A stretch of DNA of 64,000 nucleotides from Candidatus Nealsonbacteria bacterium (GCA_016188865.1 JACPGX010000001.1:141197-205196), one strand, 5' to 3'. Positions 1 to 10,222 are shown, counted from the first letter of the stretch. Notes: generated from the sequence alone by a model not told the origin. Translations and numbers: made by a program.

Positions 1-1370
1 ACGGCAAAATTGTCGCCGTCTTTTAGGCGATTTTCAATGCGCCTTAAGGCCCTTAAAACAACGGCTAATGGTTCAGCCAAACAAGCAATTTTTGAATCCA
101 ATTTTTCTGGAATTTTATGAAGATGGATTCCAGGCATAACCATAAATTGGCTGTATGCTCCATTACAATTAATAACCCCGACTTCTTTCCTTTTTTTATC
201 ATCCCTGGACAAAATGCACTCTCCAACAACCCTGTCACCGACCCTAAACAGTTCGCGGCACTTATTATTGGCCCCGATCTTGATAATTTTTCCGGAAAAC
301 TCGTGGCCGGGAATAATGGGATATTTTGCCTGGCCATTTTTATAATAACCCAGCGAGCCATCATAAATCTCCAAATCAGTCCTGCAAATACCGACATAAT
401 CAACCTTTATTAAAATATCTCCGGGATTTATTTTCGGCAAAGGCATTTCTTCAATAACCGCCTTCTGCTTATTTTTTATCACCACTGCCTTATTGACGGT
501 CGGATAAAAAATATCGTATTTATCGCGGTTAAAATCAAGTTGCCGGTCTTTATACCAGCCCTGCCTCGTGCCTTTCCATTGGTAATAGCGAAATCGCGCA
601 ATTTCTTCCAAACGGCCCGGATAAACATTCGGCAAAGAAGCTAATAAGTCCCTGAATAAACTGCTAGCGAACCAAACTAAACCGGGCCTTGCTTGTGGCG
701 GATGGGGCAAGCCAATCCTGGAGGCAGCTATAGCCTCACGCCTATAACGGTTAAAAACTTGATGCCATTTTTCATTGTGAACGTGGCAAACAACGGCTCT
801 CGATTCGTAATATGTCAAAAATCCAAGTCCCCGCATGCGTTTTGCCCATTCAATGTCTTCCAGGCCAAATAAGTATTCATCGAAAGGATGATTTTGCCAG
901 AGATTTTTCTTGACAGCCGAATTGGCATTATTGGGATAAGCGGAGAAATCACTAAAAATTCTCTCAAAATCTTTTTTTTCGGAAAACTTTGAAGTCTCGC
1001 TGCCAATCTGTTTCCCGTACGCCATGGCAACTTTTTCGTCTTGAAGCGGTTTCAAAATACTTCCCAGCCAATGATTATCGGCAGGAACTGCGTGGGCGGA
1101 AACGAAAACCAAATACTTTCCCCCAGTCTTTTGGCAGCCGATATTAAGGGAATAACCAAAGGTAAAATCGCGGCTTTCTATTTTCAAAATATGATTGCAT
1201 CCCCAATCTTTGGCGATTTTCAGGGTATTATCAGTGGAGCCGGAATCAACAATAATTATCTCATAATCTTTATAATCTTGTTTTTTGATGGCCCGCAAAA
1301 GATTGCCGATGTGCTTTTCTTCATTGAAAGTTCTGATGATAATGCTTGTTTCAGGATTTTTTTTATACAT
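1..1370 (-). CDS. Fusion protein: N-terminal family-2 glycosyltransferase plus C-terminal zinc-type medium-chain (GroES-like) alcohol/polyol dehydrogenase; 3' end lies beyond the window
   Basis: Absent from the supplied ORF track because there is no stop inside the window. My own translation from the ATG at 1370-1368 gives MYKKNPETSIIIRTFNEEKHIGNLLRAIKKQDYKDYEIIIVDSGSTDNT (GT2 pattern). It runs without a stop into PGDILIKVDYVGICRTDLEIYDGS...YPIIPGHEFSGKI (Zn-ADH GHE motif) down to position 1. Confidence 0.8.
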   Translation of the reverse strand, partial: MYKKNPETSIIIRTFNEEKHIGNLLRAIKKQDYKDYEIIIVDSGSTDNTLKIAKDWGCNHILKIESRDFTFGYSLNIGCQKTGGKYLVFVSAHAVPADNHWLGSILKPLQDEKVAMAYGKQIGSETSKFSEKKDFERIFSDFSAYPNNANSAVKKNLWQNHPFDEYLFGLEDIEWAKRMRGLGFLTYYESRAVVCHVHNEKWHQVFNRYRREAIAASRIGLPHPPQARPGLVWFASSLFRDLLASLPNVYPGRLEEIARFRYYQWKGTRQGWYKDRQLDFNRDKYDIFYPTVNKAVVIKNKQKAVIEEMPLPKINPGDILIKVDYVGICRTDLEIYDGSLGYYKNGQAKYPIIPGHEFSGKIIKIGANNKCRELFRVGDRVVGECILSRDDKKRKEVGVINCNGAYSQFMVMPGIHLHKIPEKLDSKIACLAEPLAVVLRALRRIENRLKDGDNFA

Positions 1371-2250
1371 AATCAAAATCTCGATGCTTAATTAGTTCAA
1401 ATTGTTTTTCCAAGCTTCCGATTCTCTCGATTGTGCCTGGGTTGGGATAAAAAACTTCTTGGGCTGATAATTCTATAAATTTTCCATCGGCTACGTCTTT
1501 TCTAACGAAAAAGGCGTCATGGCCATAGCAGTCGCATCCGACTAAAATATAACCTTTCTCTTTGGCCAGCTTCGCTAAAGCTGCCAAAGATGCTCCAAAA
1601 TATGAATCTCTTTGATAATGAAAATCTGAATTGTATTTTATAGTTATCGGCCTAAGACCGAAAGCGGCATTATATTCAGCAACGACTACCCGCGGCTTAA
1701 TGGCTGTAATGGCGCGCCAAACCCAATAATCATTGCTGTCAATGTCGAGGGAAAATAAATCAATTTCTCCTTGAAAATTATTGCCCAGCAGCAATTTATT
1801 AATATTTTCCGCATTAACAAAACAATGAACTGGTTTTACTTTTTTATCCTGATAATAAATTTTGGCATTTTCTATCAATTCCTTATTGGCGTCAACAATC
1901 ATCCCCTGCCAGCCGAAATTTATAGATAGGTTGGCGGTATTGCATTCTCTGCCATCTTCAACGCCAATCTCCACAAAAGTGCGATCGGTTACGCCAACTT
2001 TTGAAAAAATATAAAGCAGTATGCCGTCGCCGCCGTTTTTGGAAAAAACCTTGAACTCGGAATTTCTAATGACTGTTTTTTGTGATAAATCTGGGGCGGC
2101 TATCTTCTGATAATAAGTTTTGAACAAAGAATTTAAATTTTCATCAACAATATATATTTTTTCAGGGTAAATCGCCTTTCTAAAAAAGGCGATAATGGAT
2201 CGGGGTAAAATTTTCTTAATTAACTTTTTTTCTCTAGAAGAAACTAGCAT
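1363..2250 (-). CDS. Putative FkbM-like SAM-dependent methyltransferase
   Basis: 295-aa ORF. FVEIGVEDGRECNTANL and GEIDLFSLDIDSNDYWVW recall FkbM-type methyltransferases found in glycan clusters. Its stop overlaps the next start by 8 nt (ATGTATAA). Confidence 0.4.
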   Translation of the reverse strand: MLVSSREKKLIKKILPRSIIAFFRKAIYPEKIYIVDENLNSLFKTYYQKIAAPDLSQKTVIRNSEFKVFSKNGGDGILLYIFSKVGVTDRTFVEIGVEDGRECNTANLSINFGWQGMIVDANKELIENAKIYYQDKKVKPVHCFVNAENINKLLLGNNFQGEIDLFSLDIDSNDYWVWRAITAIKPRVVVAEYNAAFGLRPITIKYNSDFHYQRDSYFGASLAALAKLAKEKGYILVGCDCYGHDAFFVRKDVADGKFIELSAQEVFYPNPGTIERIGSLEKQFELIKHRDFDYV

Positions 2251-2256
2251 ATATTA

Positions 2257-3465
2257 TTAAGCAATAAATTTTTGATAAAAAGCAAAAGTTTGGCGTACTT
2301 GCGATTCCAGACTAAAATGCTCTTGCACCATTAGGTAGCCGGCTTCGCCGAACTGCTTGGTTTTTTCGGGGTTTTTTAATAAATCAACGATTTTCTCCGA
2401 TGTCTGATTAATATCCAAAGGATTAATGACATAGCCAGTTACACCGTCTGCAATATTCTCGGAGGCGTAGGCAATGCAAGAGCCCACTACTGGCTTCTTG
2501 CAGGCCAGGGCCTCCACTAAAATAATGGGCGCAGCGCAAAAATAAATATCAAGCACTGTCACCAGATTAGCGGAATGATAAGCAGATTTCATGTCGTCTC
2601 TCGTCAGCCAGCCGGTAAAAACCACGTTCTCTTTTAAATCGAGCCTCTCAATTAATTTCCCTGCCTCCCCCGAAGAAACATCGGTCCCGACTGCCAATAA
2701 AATCACGTCGGGAATTTCTTTTTTTACTTCTGCCAAAACTTTAATGGCCTGCTCAGCTCCTTTTAAATAGCTCAATCTACCGCCAAAAAAAATAACAGGT
2801 CTTTCACCGAGATTGTATCTTTTTTTAAATTCTTCAATTTTTTGTGGTTCTACTCTCCAATCTGAAACATCTATTCCGTTATAAATAAGCGCAACATTGT
2901 TAATTTTATTTTCTTTAAGCGATCTTTCCAGTTCCTGGCTCACGGCAAATATCTTATCAACATATCTTAAATAATAACGAATAATAATATTACGAAAGGG
3001 GTTGTATCTTTTTTTTGCCTGTTTCACCAAATCCCACCAGGTTATTTTGCCGGAATTGGCCGTTTTGCCGCAGCTATAGAGCATGGTATCGTGAGCTGTT
3101 AAAAAAACTGCCCGGCTATATCTCTTGGCCATTTTTAGACAATGATAAGAAAGCCAGTAATGAATATTCTGAACATGGGTAATATCCGGCTTAATCTCTT
3201 TAATCAACCGCCTGACCTTCCCCACTGTCTGGGGATTATAAAGACTTAAATAATTTCGCCATCTTCCCTTATAATCAGAGCGGATTCTAAAAATATTTAA
3301 ATCCTGATATTGAAAATTCCCTTCATCTTTTTTCTCTCGGCAGGCGGTAATAACAAAAATTTCGTTTCCCATCTCTTTTAATCTTTTCGCTAAATTAAAA
3401 GTGGTCGTGCCGGCTCCCCCAAATACTTGGGGCGGAAACTCATCTGAGAGAATTAATATCTTCAT
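2257..3465 (-). CDS. Glycosyltransferase, GT-B fold, family 4-like
   Basis: The N-terminus MKILILSDEFPPQVFGGAGTTTFNLAKRL and the C-terminal region VEALACKKPVVGS are typical of group-1 glycosyltransferases. 4-nt overlap with the upstream gene. Confidence 0.8.
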   Translation of the reverse strand: MKILILSDEFPPQVFGGAGTTTFNLAKRLKEMGNEIFVITACREKKDEGNFQYQDLNIFRIRSDYKGRWRNYLSLYNPQTVGKVRRLIKEIKPDITHVQNIHYWLSYHCLKMAKRYSRAVFLTAHDTMLYSCGKTANSGKITWWDLVKQAKKRYNPFRNIIIRYYLRYVDKIFAVSQELERSLKENKINNVALIYNGIDVSDWRVEPQKIEEFKKRYNLGERPVIFFGGRLSYLKGAEQAIKVLAEVKKEIPDVILLAVGTDVSSGEAGKLIERLDLKENVVFTGWLTRDDMKSAYHSANLVTVLDIYFCAAPIILVEALACKKPVVGSCIAYASENIADGVTGYVINPLDINQTSEKIVDLLKNPEKTKQFGEAGYLMVQEHFSLESQVRQTFAFYQKFIA

Positions 3466-4592
3466 AATAAAATTTCTAAGACATTTTTGATTATGAAATC
3501 AATCTCTTGATTTTTTAACTTTGGATAAAGGGGCAGAGTAATAGTTCTTTTACTGATTGCTTCGGCATTGGGAAAATCTCCCGGTTTATAACTGTATTTT
3601 TTACGATAAAAAGTCATCAGATGAACCGGCAACGACCATTGATTGGTGGTTGGGATTCCTTTCTTTTTTAATTTTTCTTGTATTTCATTTTTTTGGGATG
3701 GATTTACCCAAATAGTAAACGACCATCGAGCATTTTTTACTCCCGGCAGGGTCTTGGGAAAATTAAGCGCCGGGATGTTTTTAAAAGCTTTCTCATATCT
3801 GCGGCAAATCTCCTGCCTTCTTTGCCAAAATTTTTCTATGCGATCAAGTTGACCCACCAGCAAAGATGCCTGAAGATTGTTCATATTATATTTCCAGCCA
3901 TCAATCGTCATGTCAGGAGAAGAAAACTTTTTTTCGTAGCGCTCGTAAGCTGACTGTTCCAATCCCTGCAAGCGCATTTTTTTTAAGGTTTTGGCGGTTT
4001 GCTCGTCGTTCAAGGCAATAGCCCCTCCCTCACAGCAGGTTATATTTTTTGTGGCATAAAAACTGAAACAGGCGGCATCGCCCAATTGTCCGGGCCTGAC
4101 GCCGTCTCTGTTCCCTTCTACGCAATGAGCGGCATCTTCTATAACTTTTAACTTGTATTTATCGGCTATTTTCCTGATTTTTTTCATATCGACCATCTGG
4201 CCGTACAAATGAACGGGCAGAATAGCTTTGGTTCTCTTGGTAATGGCTTTTTCTATCAAATCAGCATCCATATTGCCGGTTGCAGGTTCAATGTCAACAA
4301 ATACTGGTTTGGCTCCTGTATGAAAAATGGCATTGCTGGTCGCAACAAAAGTAAGGGGCGTAGTGATAACTTCGTCTCCTGAGCCAACGCCAAACGCCAT
4401 CAAAGCCAAATGCATTGCCCCGGTGCAGGAAGTTGTTCCAACGGCATATTGGCAACCTAAATACCGGGCAAGTTTTTTCTCAAAATCATCAACTATTTTA
4501 CCGGTCGATAGAAAAACTCCCCTTAAAACTTTTATAGCACTATTTATATCGCTTTCTGAAATATTATGGCGATAAAATTCTATATGAGGCAT
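3462..4592 (-). CDS. DegT/DnrJ/EryC1/StrS-family PLP-dependent sugar aminotransferase (paralogue 1)
   Basis: Motifs GDEVITTPLTFVATSNAI, VIEDAAHC and SFYATKNITCCEGG (Schiff-base Lys). Close paralogue of 7386-8519. Confidence 0.85.
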   Translation of the reverse strand: MPHIEFYRHNISESDINSAIKVLRGVFLSTGKIVDDFEKKLARYLGCQYAVGTTSCTGAMHLALMAFGVGSGDEVITTPLTFVATSNAIFHTGAKPVFVDIEPATGNMDADLIEKAITKRTKAILPVHLYGQMVDMKKIRKIADKYKLKVIEDAAHCVEGNRDGVRPGQLGDAACFSFYATKNITCCEGGAIALNDEQTAKTLKKMRLQGLEQSAYERYEKKFSSPDMTIDGWKYNMNNLQASLLVGQLDRIEKFWQRRQEICRRYEKAFKNIPALNFPKTLPGVKNARWSFTIWVNPSQKNEIQEKLKKKGIPTTNQWSLPVHLMTFYRKKYSYKPGDFPNAEAISKRTITLPLYPKLKNQEIDFIIKNVLEILL

Positions 4593-4596
4593 AATT

Positions 4597-6075
4597 TTAA
4601 TTGCTGAGGTTCATTTCCAGCCAGCTTGAAAAAAAATTAATAATAATTTTAATCCTCTTAAACAGTTTTTTCCAGCCGTCAACCGTAATAAGAGATTTAA
4701 GCCCAAATCTAACAAGACGCCAAAACCCGTGCCCAAATTGGAAAACAAGAAACTTATAATATTTTTCTATTTCCGCTGAAGTCAATTCTTCGGTATGAAA
4801 ATTAATGTAGCGCCCCGCCGGAGAAAGCTTGTAATAATCCTCGAGATTTTCCAATTTATTATCCAACAAATTGCGTTCTTGGAGATATTGTCTTAATCGA
4901 GAGCCGGGAAGAGGCACAGTAACGTGGAGGCTCACCTCGTCGGGCTTGATCTTCCTTACCAATTGGGCTGACATTTTAATATCTAAAGGCGTTTCTTTGG
5001 GAAAACCCACCATAATAAACATTAAAGATTTAAGGCCGGCCTCTTTAGCTAATCTGAAAGTTCTATAAACGTTCTCTATTGTAATATCCTTATGGATGAC
5101 TTCATCTAAAATCTTCTGGGAGCCCGATTCAACGCCCCACCAAATCCAGGCAAAACCGGCTTCTTTCATTTTTTTCAATGTTTCCAAGTCAATATAGGGA
5201 CTGCAGCGGCCTTGCGTCAAAAACTTCAAATTCAATTTTCTTTTAATGATCTCACTGCAAATATCTTTAACCCACTCATTTTGTTTTGGAGTCATACCGA
5301 CCAATTCGTCATCGTAAAAGGCTACCGATTTGAGCCCAAACTTATTCTTGTAATACTCTATTTCATCTACTATATTTTTAGGATTGCGGGGGCGATAAAG
5401 CTTCGATCCCAAACTACAGAAAGTACACCGGTGCGGACATCCCCGCGAAGCCAATATGGTGATTATCGGCTTTTTGATTTCGTAATGACTCTTGGCGATG
5501 GGCTGACCTGGGTATTTCGAAAAATCGGATGTAAGCAGATGTAAAGCCGGCCAGGGGATGGAATCAATGTCTTTGATATATTCTCGGGTCTTGGTAAGAA
5601 TTAATTTGCCATCCCGTAAAAAAGCTATTCCGGCAATATTTTCTAAATCCTTGATTTTCCCGTCATGCCATTGGACTAATTCCAAAAACGTTATCTCCCC
5701 TTCTCCTAAAACAACGAAATTAATCGCTCCGTCGCTTATTTTCAAAACCTTTTCCGGTTCATTGGTCGGTCCAAACCCTCCGACAACGATCAAGGCTTTG
5801 GGTAAAACCTGCCGAGCTATTTTGGCAGTTTTTATCAGAGCCGGCAACACTATTGAAGTTCCTCCTATCCCGACGATATCGGGATTTTCTCTGGCGAATA
5901 AATCGCCCAAATCCTGCCAGCTCATTTTTTCTATGTCGGCATCAACAACCTTAATGTCAGAATAGCCGTATTTTTCCAGATAACCTGCCAAATAAAGCAA
6001 ACTCAAAGGCGCTGACTCCGATTTACACCTGCCCAAGTCGTTAAAAACCGGCGGGTTAATTAGAAGAATTTTCAT
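4597..6075 (-). CDS. Radical SAM enzyme with cobalamin-binding-type N-terminal domain (class B-like)
   Basis: CxxxCxxC motif in SRGCPHRCTFCS. The N-terminal MKILLINPP...GIGGTS...VVGG flavodoxin-like region matches the B12-binding/radical SAM architecture. Confidence 0.75.
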   Translation of the reverse strand: MKILLINPPVFNDLGRCKSESAPLSLLYLAGYLEKYGYSDIKVVDADIEKMSWQDLGDLFARENPDIVGIGGTSIVLPALIKTAKIARQVLPKALIVVGGFGPTNEPEKVLKISDGAINFVVLGEGEITFLELVQWHDGKIKDLENIAGIAFLRDGKLILTKTREYIKDIDSIPWPALHLLTSDFSKYPGQPIAKSHYEIKKPIITILASRGCPHRCTFCSLGSKLYRPRNPKNIVDEIEYYKNKFGLKSVAFYDDELVGMTPKQNEWVKDICSEIIKRKLNLKFLTQGRCSPYIDLETLKKMKEAGFAWIWWGVESGSQKILDEVIHKDITIENVYRTFRLAKEAGLKSLMFIMVGFPKETPLDIKMSAQLVRKIKPDEVSLHVTVPLPGSRLRQYLQERNLLDNKLENLEDYYKLSPAGRYINFHTEELTSAEIEKYYKFLVFQFGHGFWRLVRFGLKSLITVDGWKKLFKRIKIIINFFSSWLEMNLSN

Positions 6076-6092
6076 ATTAATTTTTATAAAGG

Positions 6093-7319
6093 CTATCTGT
6101 AATTTTCTAAAAAATCCACGAAAGTCTTTTTAAGATATCTAAGGTGTTTTTTTTCCAGACCCTGATGGCATCCGATAAGAAAAGCGTTCTTCATAACCTG
6201 GTTGGCAACTGGATAGCCATTTTCTAATCCCCCGTGTTCAATCTTTTGGAATGCGGGCTGTTTTAGAATGTCACCGGTAAAAACCGGCCTTGTCTGGATG
6301 TTGTTTTCTTCAAGATATTTTGTTAATTCATAACGCGAAAACGGAGCTCCTTCCCTTATCAGAAGCGGAAAGATCAACCAGTTGGTTTTAACTCTCGTGT
6401 CTTGCTTGGGAAGCATAAAAAAGCGTTGATATGGCTTAAAAAAGTTTATCAGTTCAGAAAAATTTGACTGCCGGCGTTTGATAAACCCTTTTAATCTATT
6501 TAATTGCTGAAGTCCGAAAGCGCCGTTCAGTTCAGCTGATTGGAAATTGTATCCAATCTCGCTGAAAATAAACTTGGCATCATATCGCCCTCCTCCCAGC
6601 ATTCCGCTAAATCGCTTTTTAATATCCTCGGATTTTTCATAAGTACCAAAAAGAGTTGATTCTCTTCCCCAGCTGCTCATAACCAGCGCCCTCCTTGCCA
6701 ATTGGGGATCATTGAAACAAACCATGCCCCCTGCCCCGGCTGTAGTAATAATGTGGGAAGCATAAAAACTGGTTACGGAAATGTCGGTGTAGTATCCTGT
6801 TGGTTTACCTTTAAATGTAGCTCCGATGGTATCGCATGAGTCCTCAATAAGGTATAACTTGTGTTTTCTGGCGATCTCTTGAAGCCGAGATAAATCAGGA
6901 ATATTTCCAATAAGGGAAGGAATCATAAGGGCCTTGGTCTTTTTGGTGATCAAAGATTCTATCTGGTCAATATTTGCCAAATACGTTCCCTCTTTTACGT
7001 CAACAAAAACGGGTATCAGCCCCTTCTGAACAATGGGGGCCACTGTTGTTGCAAAGGTTAAAATAGGAGTAATCACCTCCGAACCTCTGGGCAAATCGAG
7101 AACCGACAGGGCAAGGAGGTTGGCCGAAGATCCCGAATTTACCATTACCCCATACTTCTTGCTGAAAAGACGCGCTATTCTGCGCTCAAATTCTTTAACG
7201 GCATTACCGGGAGCAATTCTGGTGGGATTGCTCAAAACTTCGTTAACTGCCCGTATTTCTGGCTTGCCGAAAACAGCTAAGGCAGTTGGTACCCGAAGTT
7301 TTGTTTGTGTTTTTTTCAT
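6093..7319 (-). CDS. DegT-family PMP-type NDP-4-keto-6-deoxyhexose 3-dehydratase-like enzyme (RfbH/ColD type)
   Basis: SFYASHIITTAGAGG aligns with SFYATKNITCCEGG of the neighbouring aminotransferases. His replaces the catalytic Lys, as in the E1/ColD dehydratases. Confidence 0.6.
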   Translation of the reverse strand: MKKTQTKLRVPTALAVFGKPEIRAVNEVLSNPTRIAPGNAVKEFERRIARLFSKKYGVMVNSGSSANLLALSVLDLPRGSEVITPILTFATTVAPIVQKGLIPVFVDVKEGTYLANIDQIESLITKKTKALMIPSLIGNIPDLSRLQEIARKHKLYLIEDSCDTIGATFKGKPTGYYTDISVTSFYASHIITTAGAGGMVCFNDPQLARRALVMSSWGRESTLFGTYEKSEDIKKRFSGMLGGGRYDAKFIFSEIGYNFQSAELNGAFGLQQLNRLKGFIKRRQSNFSELINFFKPYQRFFMLPKQDTRVKTNWLIFPLLIREGAPFSRYELTKYLEENNIQTRPVFTGDILKQPAFQKIEHGGLENGYPVANQVMKNAFLIGCHQGLEKKHLRYLKKTFVDFLENYR

Positions 7320-7385
7320 ATATTTATTAATTAATTATATACCTATTATCTTATTATGCTCCTCAAAAAAATCAAGTTAAAATAA

Positions 7386-8519
7386 TTATAATTTGATTAC
7401 ATCTAAAACATTGGCGATAATAAAATCAACTTCCTTATTCGTTAATTTCGGATAAAAAGGCAGGGTGATGGTTTTTTCTGAAATCGCTTCGGCCACGGGG
7501 AAATCACCCGGTTTATAGCCATACCTTTTCCGATAATAAGTCATTAGGTGGACAGCCGGCCAATAATTAACAACATTTGCCACGCCTCTTTTCTGAAGCT
7601 CCTCTCTGATTTGAGATCGTTTTCCGGAATCAACCCAAATAGTAAAAAGATGGCGAGCGTGTTTAACTCCGTCCAAGGTCTTCGGCAAATTGATGCCGGG
7701 AACATTTTGAAAGGCTTTTGTATATCTTTTGCAAATTTCCTCCCTTCTCCGCCAAAGTTTTTCAATGCGTGAGAGTTGGCCGGCTAAAAGGGATGCCTGG
7801 ATATTATTCATGTTGTATTTCCAACCATAAAAGGCCATATCGGAATGGGTAAATTTTTTTTCATAGCGTTCGTAAGCCGACTGCTCTAAGCCGTGAAGCC
7901 TTGTCTTTTTCAAAAGAGAAGCGGTCTTTTCATTGTTCAGGGAGATGGCGCCTCCCTCCCCGCAGGTTATATTTTTAGTGGCATAAAAACTGAAACAAGC
8001 GGCATCGCTCAACTGGCCCACTCTTGCGCCGTCTCTTGCCCCCTCCATGCAATGAGCAGCATCCTCTATAACTTTCAATTTGTGCTTATCGGCAATCTTT
8101 CTTATTTTTTTCATGTCAGCCATCTGCCCGTATAAATGCACCGGCAGTATCGCCTTAGTTTTTTTGGTAATAGCCCTCTCAATCAAGTCGGCGTTAATAT
8201 TGCCGGTTTCTTCTTCTACGTCAACGAATACAGGATCGGCCCCCGTATGCAAAATGGCATTGCTGGTAGCAACAAAAGTAAGAGGCGTAGTGATAACCTC
8301 GTCTCCCAAACCCACGCCAAAAGCCTCTAGGGCCAAGTGCATGGAAGCCGTGCAAGATGTAGTGCCTACGGCGTATTTGCAGCCGAGATACCCGGCAAAG
8401 GAATTTTCAAAATCGGCCACGTTTTTGCCGGTGGAAAGAAAAATGCCTTTTAAAACCTTTGCGATGTTTTTTATGTCTTGTTCGGAAATATTATGCCTAT
8501 AAAATTCTATGTGAGTCAT
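7386..8519 (-). CDS. DegT/DnrJ/EryC1/StrS-family PLP-dependent sugar aminotransferase (paralogue 2)
   Basis: MTHIEFYRHNISEQDI..., GDEVITTPLTFVATSNAI, SFYATKNITCGEGG. By eye about two-thirds to three-quarters identical to 3462-4592. Confidence 0.85.
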   Translation of the reverse strand: MTHIEFYRHNISEQDIKNIAKVLKGIFLSTGKNVADFENSFAGYLGCKYAVGTTSCTASMHLALEAFGVGLGDEVITTPLTFVATSNAILHTGADPVFVDVEEETGNINADLIERAITKKTKAILPVHLYGQMADMKKIRKIADKHKLKVIEDAAHCMEGARDGARVGQLSDAACFSFYATKNITCGEGGAISLNNEKTASLLKKTRLHGLEQSAYERYEKKFTHSDMAFYGWKYNMNNIQASLLAGQLSRIEKLWRRREEICKRYTKAFQNVPGINLPKTLDGVKHARHLFTIWVDSGKRSQIREELQKRGVANVVNYWPAVHLMTYYRKRYGYKPGDFPVAEAISEKTITLPFYPKLTNKEVDFIIANVLDVIKL

Positions 8520-9550
8520 ATCAATGCAGTTTTAGTTTTTTGCTGCTCCATTAAATGAAGATGCCATTTATCGTTATAATGTATTATATTTTGGGCAATA
8601 TCCGGAGATTTTTCCAAATGTTCCCAAATTTCAAAAACGATTTCTTCCAAAGAACGACTCGGAGTAAACTGGAATGTTTCTTTGAATAAAGTATTGTCCG
8701 CTTTATAATTGCGGCTAATATTCACCGGCCTGGTATTGATTCCGATATCGATTCCTTTGTTTTTTTTCACTATTTCTTTAACCTTTTCGGCTAATACTCC
8801 GGCATTCCAATTGTCGCTGCTGATGTTAAAGATCTTGCCGCCGATTTTTTCCAAAGGCAATTCCAAGGCTTTGGCATAAGCCGAGATGACATCATGGATA
8901 TCGATTATCGGCCTCCAAACCTGGCCGCCCGCATCCACGGTAAGCAATTGCTTGGAAAAAGCATCTTTGGTAAAAGCATTTAATATCAAATCGAATCTCA
9001 TTCTTGGCGACCAGCCGCAAACGGTGCCTTTCCTGAAGATTGTCGGCTGGAAACTGTCATCAGCTATTTCCAAAAGGGCTTGCTCGGCCGATCTCTTGGA
9101 AAGCGAATAAGCGGAAATCGGATTGATATTATCAGTTTCTTTGCTGGGAGCGGGGTCGGGAGGAGTATTATAGGTGAAGTAAACGGAGCAGGAAGAAGAG
9201 AAAATAAATCTTTTTATGCCTCTTTCCTTGGCAAATCTGGCCAACCTTTCCGTGGCCAGATGATTCAATAAATCGGTGTATCTCGGATTATACTGGGAAA
9301 CCGGCTCGGTAGAAAAGCCGGCCAGATGAATCACTCCGTCAATGCCGTCTAAAATTTCAGAGCCGACAGTGCAGACATCTCCTTTAATTAATTCAATCCG
9401 GTTCAGGATTTCTTTTATGGGCTCATCGGTAAAAATCAGCTGGTCCAAAACCCTGACTTTATATCCTTTCTCCAGCAGGGTTTTTACTAAAACGCTTCCT
9501 ATGTAGCCTGCTCCGCCTGTTACCAGAATTTTTTGATTTTTTTCTGACAT
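8516..9550 (-). CDS. NAD-dependent sugar epimerase/dehydratase (extended SDR)
   Basis: Rossmann motif ILVTGGAGYIGS and YxxxK in YSLSKRSAE. 4-nt overlap with the upstream gene. Confidence 0.8.
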   Translation of the reverse strand: MSEKNQKILVTGGAGYIGSVLVKTLLEKGYKVRVLDQLIFTDEPIKEILNRIELIKGDVCTVGSEILDGIDGVIHLAGFSTEPVSQYNPRYTDLLNHLATERLARFAKERGIKRFIFSSSCSVYFTYNTPPDPAPSKETDNINPISAYSLSKRSAEQALLEIADDSFQPTIFRKGTVCGWSPRMRFDLILNAFTKDAFSKQLLTVDAGGQVWRPIIDIHDVISAYAKALELPLEKIGGKIFNISSDNWNAGVLAEKVKEIVKKNKGIDIGINTRPVNISRNYKADNTLFKETFQFTPSRSLEEIVFEIWEHLEKSPDIAQNIIHYNDKWHLHLMEQQKTKTALI

Positions 9551-9556
9551 ATTTAT

Positions 9557-10213
9557 TTAAATTGATTTTAATTCTAAAAATAAGTTACCCTTGGGATTTC
9601 CTTTCGGTCCATAAAACCAGTTATCCTTTATGCCTTCCACTCTGTATTTGGCTTGACTTATGTCAAAATTGCTTTTTTTAAACATTTCAATCCACCATCC
9701 TGAAGGTTGTCTTATAATGTGAGAGGGATCTTTTTCATAGGCGGGAATGATGAAGTGCTCCTCAAAACCTACCGGCACCACAACAAACCACCTGTCTGCC
9801 AAGCTTCTCATTTCTGCAAGCACCGATTTTAAAAAATCTTCGTTTGCGAAAGAGTGCTCCAAAACATCTTTCGTAAAGCCAATATCGTAATGTCCGTCTG
9901 CCAAAAGAGAAACATACTGTTTTATTTCTGGGTCGGCATTTTCAATAGCATACTTGCTGATATCAACTCCGTAAGCCTGATAACCCATTCTTCTTAATGC
10001 TTTAACGAAAAAACCCTTGGCGCAGCCATAATCTATGATGGTTTCTGTCTTTTTGGGATTCATTTCACTTACAAATGCTTTTGCCGCCCTAAGGGTCGTT
10101 TTCGGCATCCAATGATAATTTGTATACATGGATTTGCCGGTTTCAATTCCCCTTTCAAAATAATCACCGTCAAACATTTTGGCTAATTTTTGTTTGGTGT
10201 ATTTCGTTTCCAT
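9557..10213 (-). CDS. Class I SAM-dependent methyltransferase
   Basis: Motif I-like IIDYGCAKGFFVKALRRMGYQAYGVDIS. Confidence 0.7.
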   Translation of the reverse strand: METKYTKQKLAKMFDGDYFERGIETGKSMYTNYHWMPKTTLRAAKAFVSEMNPKKTETIIDYGCAKGFFVKALRRMGYQAYGVDISKYAIENADPEIKQYVSLLADGHYDIGFTKDVLEHSFANEDFLKSVLAEMRSLADRWFVVVPVGFEEHFIIPAYEKDPSHIIRQPSGWWIEMFKKSNFDISQAKYRVEGIKDNWFYGPKGNPKGNLFLELKSI

Positions 10214-10222
10214 TTTTAAAAA

